A stretch of 50,183 nt of DNA, taken from NCBI RefSeq assembly GCF_004010195.1, contig NC_057749.1, forward strand, positions 14,950,088-15,000,270. The letters run 5' to 3'. This document shows, piece by piece, positions 46,001-50,183 of this stretch. Positions within the stretch are counted from its first letter, which is position 1, and every line of letters starts with the position of its first letter. Under the pieces are notes generated by a model that saw only the letters and a program-made list of their open reading frames with translations, was not told where the DNA came from and made no database searches. A program made the translations under genes and the position numbers. Source of the DNA: Chiloscyllium plagiosum (Eukaryota).

Positions 46001-47050
46001 CAAACCTACACAGAAATGAGGAGACCATTCAGCCCCCTCGAGCCTGCTCTGCTATTCAAGAAAACCAAGGCTGATCTGGTTGTGCCCTGAGCTCCGTGCC
46101 CCGGGACTGAAAGTGTTGTTGTGAGTAAGCTGTTTCTTCCTGAAGTTGGAAAGAGTAACTCACTGCCACAGCTAAAACATTGTCCCAAAACACCCACCTG
46201 GTTTGTTGTATATTTTATATATCTTACTGATCAGCTAAAGGGCATGGTACAAATTTCCAAAGGTGTAACTCATTCAGTGACAGTACTGTCTGCATCTAGG
46301 CTTACAGCTCAGCTTCTAGGATTGATCTCATTCATTCATGGGATGTGGGCATCACTGGCTAGGCCAGCATTTATTGCCCGTCCCCAGTTGCACCAGGAGG
46401 GGGTGGGGGTGAGCTGCCTTCTTGAACAGCTGCAGTCCATGTGCTGTGGGTAGGCCCACAATGCCCTCAGGGAGGGAATCTGAGGAATTTGATCCAGCGA
46501 CACTGAAGGAACGGTGATGTACTTCCAAGTCAGGATGGTGAGCGGTTTGGAAAGGAACTTGCAGGGGGTGGTGTTCCCATGTATCTATTTCCCTTGTCCT
46601 TCTAGATGGTAGTGGTTGTGGGTCTGGAAGGTGCAGTCTGAAAATGGTTGGTGAATTTCTGCAGTGTATCCTTTAGATAGTACACACTGCTGCTACTGAG
46701 TGTCAGTGGGGAAGGGAGTGGATTTTTGTGAATGTGACGCCAATCAAGTGGCTGCTTTGTCCTGGATGGTGTCAAGCTTCTTGAGTGTTGTTGGAGCTGC
46801 CCCCATCCAGGCAACTGGGGAGTATTCCATCACCCTCCTGACTTGTGCCTTGTAGACAGGCTTTGGGGAGTCAGGGGGTGAGTAACTCGCGACAGGAATC
46901 CTCCCTCTGACCTGCTCAGATGGTTAGATTCTCTTTTTGTGGAGATGGTCATTACCTGGCACAAATGTTCCTTGTCACATTTCAGACCAAACCTGTTATT
47001 ATCCAGGACCGTGCTGCATTTGAACCTAGACTGCTTCCCTCAATGTATGT

Positions 47051-47462
47051 TAGAACATAGAACATAGAAAAATACAGCACAGAACAGGCCCTTCGGCCCA
47101 CGATGTTGTGCCGAACATTTGTCCTAGCTTAAGCACCCATCCATGTACCTATCCAATTGCCGCTTAAAGGTCGCCAATGATTCTGACTCTGCCACCACTC
47201 TCTGGGTAAAGAACCTACCCCTGACATCCCCCCTATACCTTCCACCCTTCACCTTAAATTTATGTCCCCTTGTAACACTCTGTTGTATCTGGGGAAAAAG
47301 TCTCTGACTGTCTACTCTATCTATTCCTCTGATCATCTTATAAACCTCTATCAAGTCACCCCTCATCCTTCGCCGTTCCAATGAGAAAAGGCCTAGCACT
47401 CTCAACCTATCCTCGTACGACCTATTCTCCATTCCAGGCAACATCCTGGTAAATCTTCTCAC
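47051..47462 (-). mobile_element. Young CR1 3' fragment
   Basis: Open RRFTRMLPGM...LFSLERRRMRGDLIEVYK...FFTQRVV frame; (AACATAG)n tail. Confidence 0.9.
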
Positions 47463-47899
47463 CTTGTGGCATATTGAGGCCTTTACATGGCCAGAGCTTC
47501 ATTCCAACCCTGTCATCATTTTATTCGCAAGAGAGGGCAGCTGAGGAAGTAAGGTGGTGGCATAGTAGTTATGCCATTGGGCTAGTCATTTAGAGCCCTG
47601 AAAAATACTCTGGGGATGTGGGTTTGAAATCCCCCCCCCCCATGCCAGATATTGAAATTTGTATCTGGAATTAAAAGTAAACATAATGGCGAACATGTAA
47701 CCACTGTTGATTGTCATAAAAATCCACCTTTTGTGACAGAAATCTGCTGTCCTTACCTGGTCTGGTCTATGGGTAACTCCAGACCCACAGTATTATGGTT
47801 GATTTTTAACTGTCTTCTGAAATAGTCAAGCAAGCCACTCAAGGGCAATTAGGCATGGGAAATAAATGTTGGCCTAAGGCAGTGATACCCACATCCCAT

Positions 47900-48380
47900 A
47901 TGCTTAGTCACCTCCTCAAAGAATTCAATAAGACTTGTAAGGCAAGACCTCCCCTTCACAAATCCGTGCTGGCTGTCCCTAATTAAGCAATGTCTTTCCA
48001 GATACTCATAAATCCTATCCCTCAGTACCCTTTCCATTACTTTGCCTACCACCGAAGTAAGACTAACGGGCCTGTAATTCCCAGGGTTATCCCTATTCCC
48101 TTTTTTGAACAGGGGCACAACATTCGCCACTCTCCAGTCCTCTGGTACCACCCCCATCGACAATGAAGACGAAAAGATCATTGCCAACGGTTCTGCAATT
48201 TCCTCTCTTGCTTCCCACATAATCCTAGGATATATCCCGTCAGGCCCGGGGGACTTGTCTATCCTCAAGTTGTTCAAAATGTCCAACACATCTTCCTTCC
48301 TAACAAGTATCTCTTCTAGCTTACCAGTCCGTTTCACACTCTCCTCTTCAACAATACGGTCCCTCTTGTTTGTAAATACT
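47900..48380 (-). mobile_element. Young CR1 internal RT fragment (no 3' tail)
   Basis: Stop-free KSPGPDGIYPR...VPEDWRVANVVPLFKKG...NYRPVSLTSVVGK...SQHGFVKGRSCLT. Confidence 0.92.
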
Positions 48381-48829
48381 ATGTTATCTCTTGAGACCAC
48401 ATCCAGGCTTATCTTATTGAGCACAGTGAGCTTAGATCAACGATCAGTCTCCCACATCTGAGCACATTAAAGTTAAACAGTGCACACAGCACTGTGGAAC
48501 TGGAATTGAATGTAGGTCAGACGGGGTAAAGACAGCAGATTTCCTTCACATTAGTGAAACCAGATGGATCTTTGCAACAATCTGAAAGTTTCATGGTCAG
48601 TGTCACCAGGGTGAGACTTTAAAACTTATTCAATTAAATGTAAGATCTCTGGGTGCAGTGGTGGGATATTTGTAATCGTGAGTCCAGGCCTGTGGAGTAC
48701 AGTAACTCTGCTGGCATAATTAGCTCAAATTGCTGTTCTTGTTTTTAATCTCTGATTGGTTCGCTTCTCCTTAAAGAGATCTGAGGCTGCAGCCAATCAT
48801 AGGGACAGAACATGGATGAGGTTGGTTAC

Positions 48830-48964
48830 CTTCTCTCCATTGGCCAGTGTAAACCACTCACTGGATTCCTGCTCTCTCTCGCGAAGTCTCGACAGGTAAG
48901 CCTCTGATGATTGCTTTACAACGTCCCATTCTCCACCGGTTAAAATATCCACAGGATACCTCAT
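48830..48964 (-). CDS. fam169b: FAM169B-like coding exon: MRYPVDILTGGEWDVVKQSSEAYLSRLREREQESSEWFTLANGEK
   Basis: Acceptor ttatgtctctttag|CA ATG (exon starts 48966); donor AAG|gtaacc; 135 coding nt, phase 0. YPVD start resembles FAM169 N-termini (FPVD/YPVD). Confidence 0.85.
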
Positions 48965-49029
48965 TGCTAAAGAGACATAATCAAGAAGGTCAGAGCTCGC
49001 TTCGTGCCAAAACCCATCTGCTTAGGCCT

Positions 49030-49155
49030 CGGTAACTCTCACCTCCCAATCTGAAGGTTGTGAGTTCGAGTCCTGCTCCAGAAATGGGGTGCCAGTGGTG
49101 TGCTGCACTGTCAGAGGAACTGTTTCTCAGATGGGACTTTGAACTGTAAGATCCT
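49030..49155 (+). mobile_element. Deu-SINE head fragment
   Basis: GAGTTCGAGTCC B-box, then GTGCTGCACTGTCAGAGG. Confidence 0.55.
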
Positions 49156-49670
49156 GAGGCTGACTCCTGGGTTACCATGAGACTTGCATAAATTATAATA
49201 CAGCAAACTTCATCTCAACCAGCACCTTGTGAGCCAACCAGCTCAATAAACCAGCAAAAATTACAGACCTCAAATACCGTAAGCTTTCTGTGTTATTTCA
49301 ATCCTCCCCCCACCCCCCAACCAATGTCCAAGTCGCCATTTGAAGGTGCAAATGAGAAAGTTCTCTGCCAGTCAGCTTTATTTAAGACAAATTACATTAT
49401 TATTTAAGTGATTTATGCATAAACAATGGATAATAGTGATGTGTCTTACATTTCTATTACTTAGTGTGTATTACATTGATGCTATGGACTTATAGAGTAT
49501 TCAACTAACTGGCACATTCCTGGTCCCACAGGGGCCAGTTAATAAAAGGCTTGCTGTATTGTGACTGACAGCATGTCCCTGATGTGAAGAAGACAGAAGG
49601 AAGCAGTCTGAAATGTGTTTGTGAAGAGAGAGAGGTCTGAGACACTGCGCTAGAGAGCTGGATTTATTAC

Positions 49671-49680
49671 CTGGCTCCAT
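49671..49680 (-). CDS. fam169b: Candidate FAM169B-like first coding micro-exon (exon 49684-49671, 14 nt; coding ATG GAG CCA G)
   Basis: Minus strand reads ccacctttccttacag|CTGTATGGAGCCAG|gtaata. Spliced to the next exon (CA ATG...) it gives in-frame MEPAMRYPVD. No homology support for such a short piece. Confidence 0.45.
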
Positions 49681-49835
49681 ACAGCTGTAAGGAAAGGTGG
49701 GTTATGGTACATAAGGAACTAAAGAGGTACATAAGGAACTAAAAATCAGAGATAAGGAGCAAACAGACTCAGGAAATGTATGTATACCACTCACATATGG
49801 TCTGGAGTACGGTTACTCAAATAGTGTAAAATCAA

Positions 49836-50018
49836 ACAGTGTGGCACACCATCAGCACTGACCTTCCAACAGTGCGGCACTCCCTCAGCACTGACCCTCC
49901 AACAGTGCAGCACTCCCTCAGCACTGACCCTCCAACAGTGCGGCACTCCCTCAGCACAGACCCTCTGACAGTGCAGCATTCCCTCAGCACAGACCCTCTG
50001 ACAGTGCAGCATTCCCTC
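49836..50018. repeat. 33-bp minisatellite (~5.5 units; ACAGTGCGGCACTCCCTCAGCACTGACCCTCCA); inverted copy at 41942-41998
   Basis: Direct periodicity of 33 nt. Confidence 0.9.
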
Positions 50019-50025
50019 TTTTTAA

Positions 50026-50183
50026 TAGATTAGATTACTTACAGAGTGGAAACAGGCCCTTCGGCCCAACAAGTCCACACCACCCCGCCGAAGCGCAACC
50101 CACCCATACCCCTACATTTATCCCTTACCTAACACTACGGGCAATTTAGCATGGCCAATTCACCTGACCTGCACATTTTTTTT
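50026..50183 (-). mobile_element. HE1-like SINE 3' part (runs off window)
   Basis: (TAGAT)n tail; GGGCAATTTAGCATGGCCAATTCACC. Confidence 0.82.

Overview
Eukaryotic, repeat-dense vertebrate DNA, almost certainly an elasmobranch (shark), judged from HE1/V-SINEs, Deu-domain SINEs and CR1, Rex/Babar, Tx1 and Penelope elements. The only host gene I can support is a minus-strand FAM169B-like gene at about 29.4-49.7 kb. Seven coding exons were reconstructed by hand with GT-AG sites and consistent phases. The conserved third exon is not visible and may lie in a 500-N gap. There is also a candidate 14-nt ATG-bearing micro-exon. The first ~29 kb is intergenic: TE fragments plus a few unique, enhancer-like stretches. 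Most notable observations: (i) many Penelope-derived ends carrying minimal type-I hammerhead ribozymes, including two fold-back insertions with 13-14 bp target-site duplications; (ii) an intact GNAT-type acetyl-CoA-binding motif (RRQGIG) in FAM169B; (iii) a 43-nt CR1-templated insertion flanked by an 11-bp duplication; (iv) a 39-bp VNTR abutting, and resembling, a FAM169B splice acceptor. Family assignments come from recalled sequence similarity, not database searches. TE boundaries are approximate.
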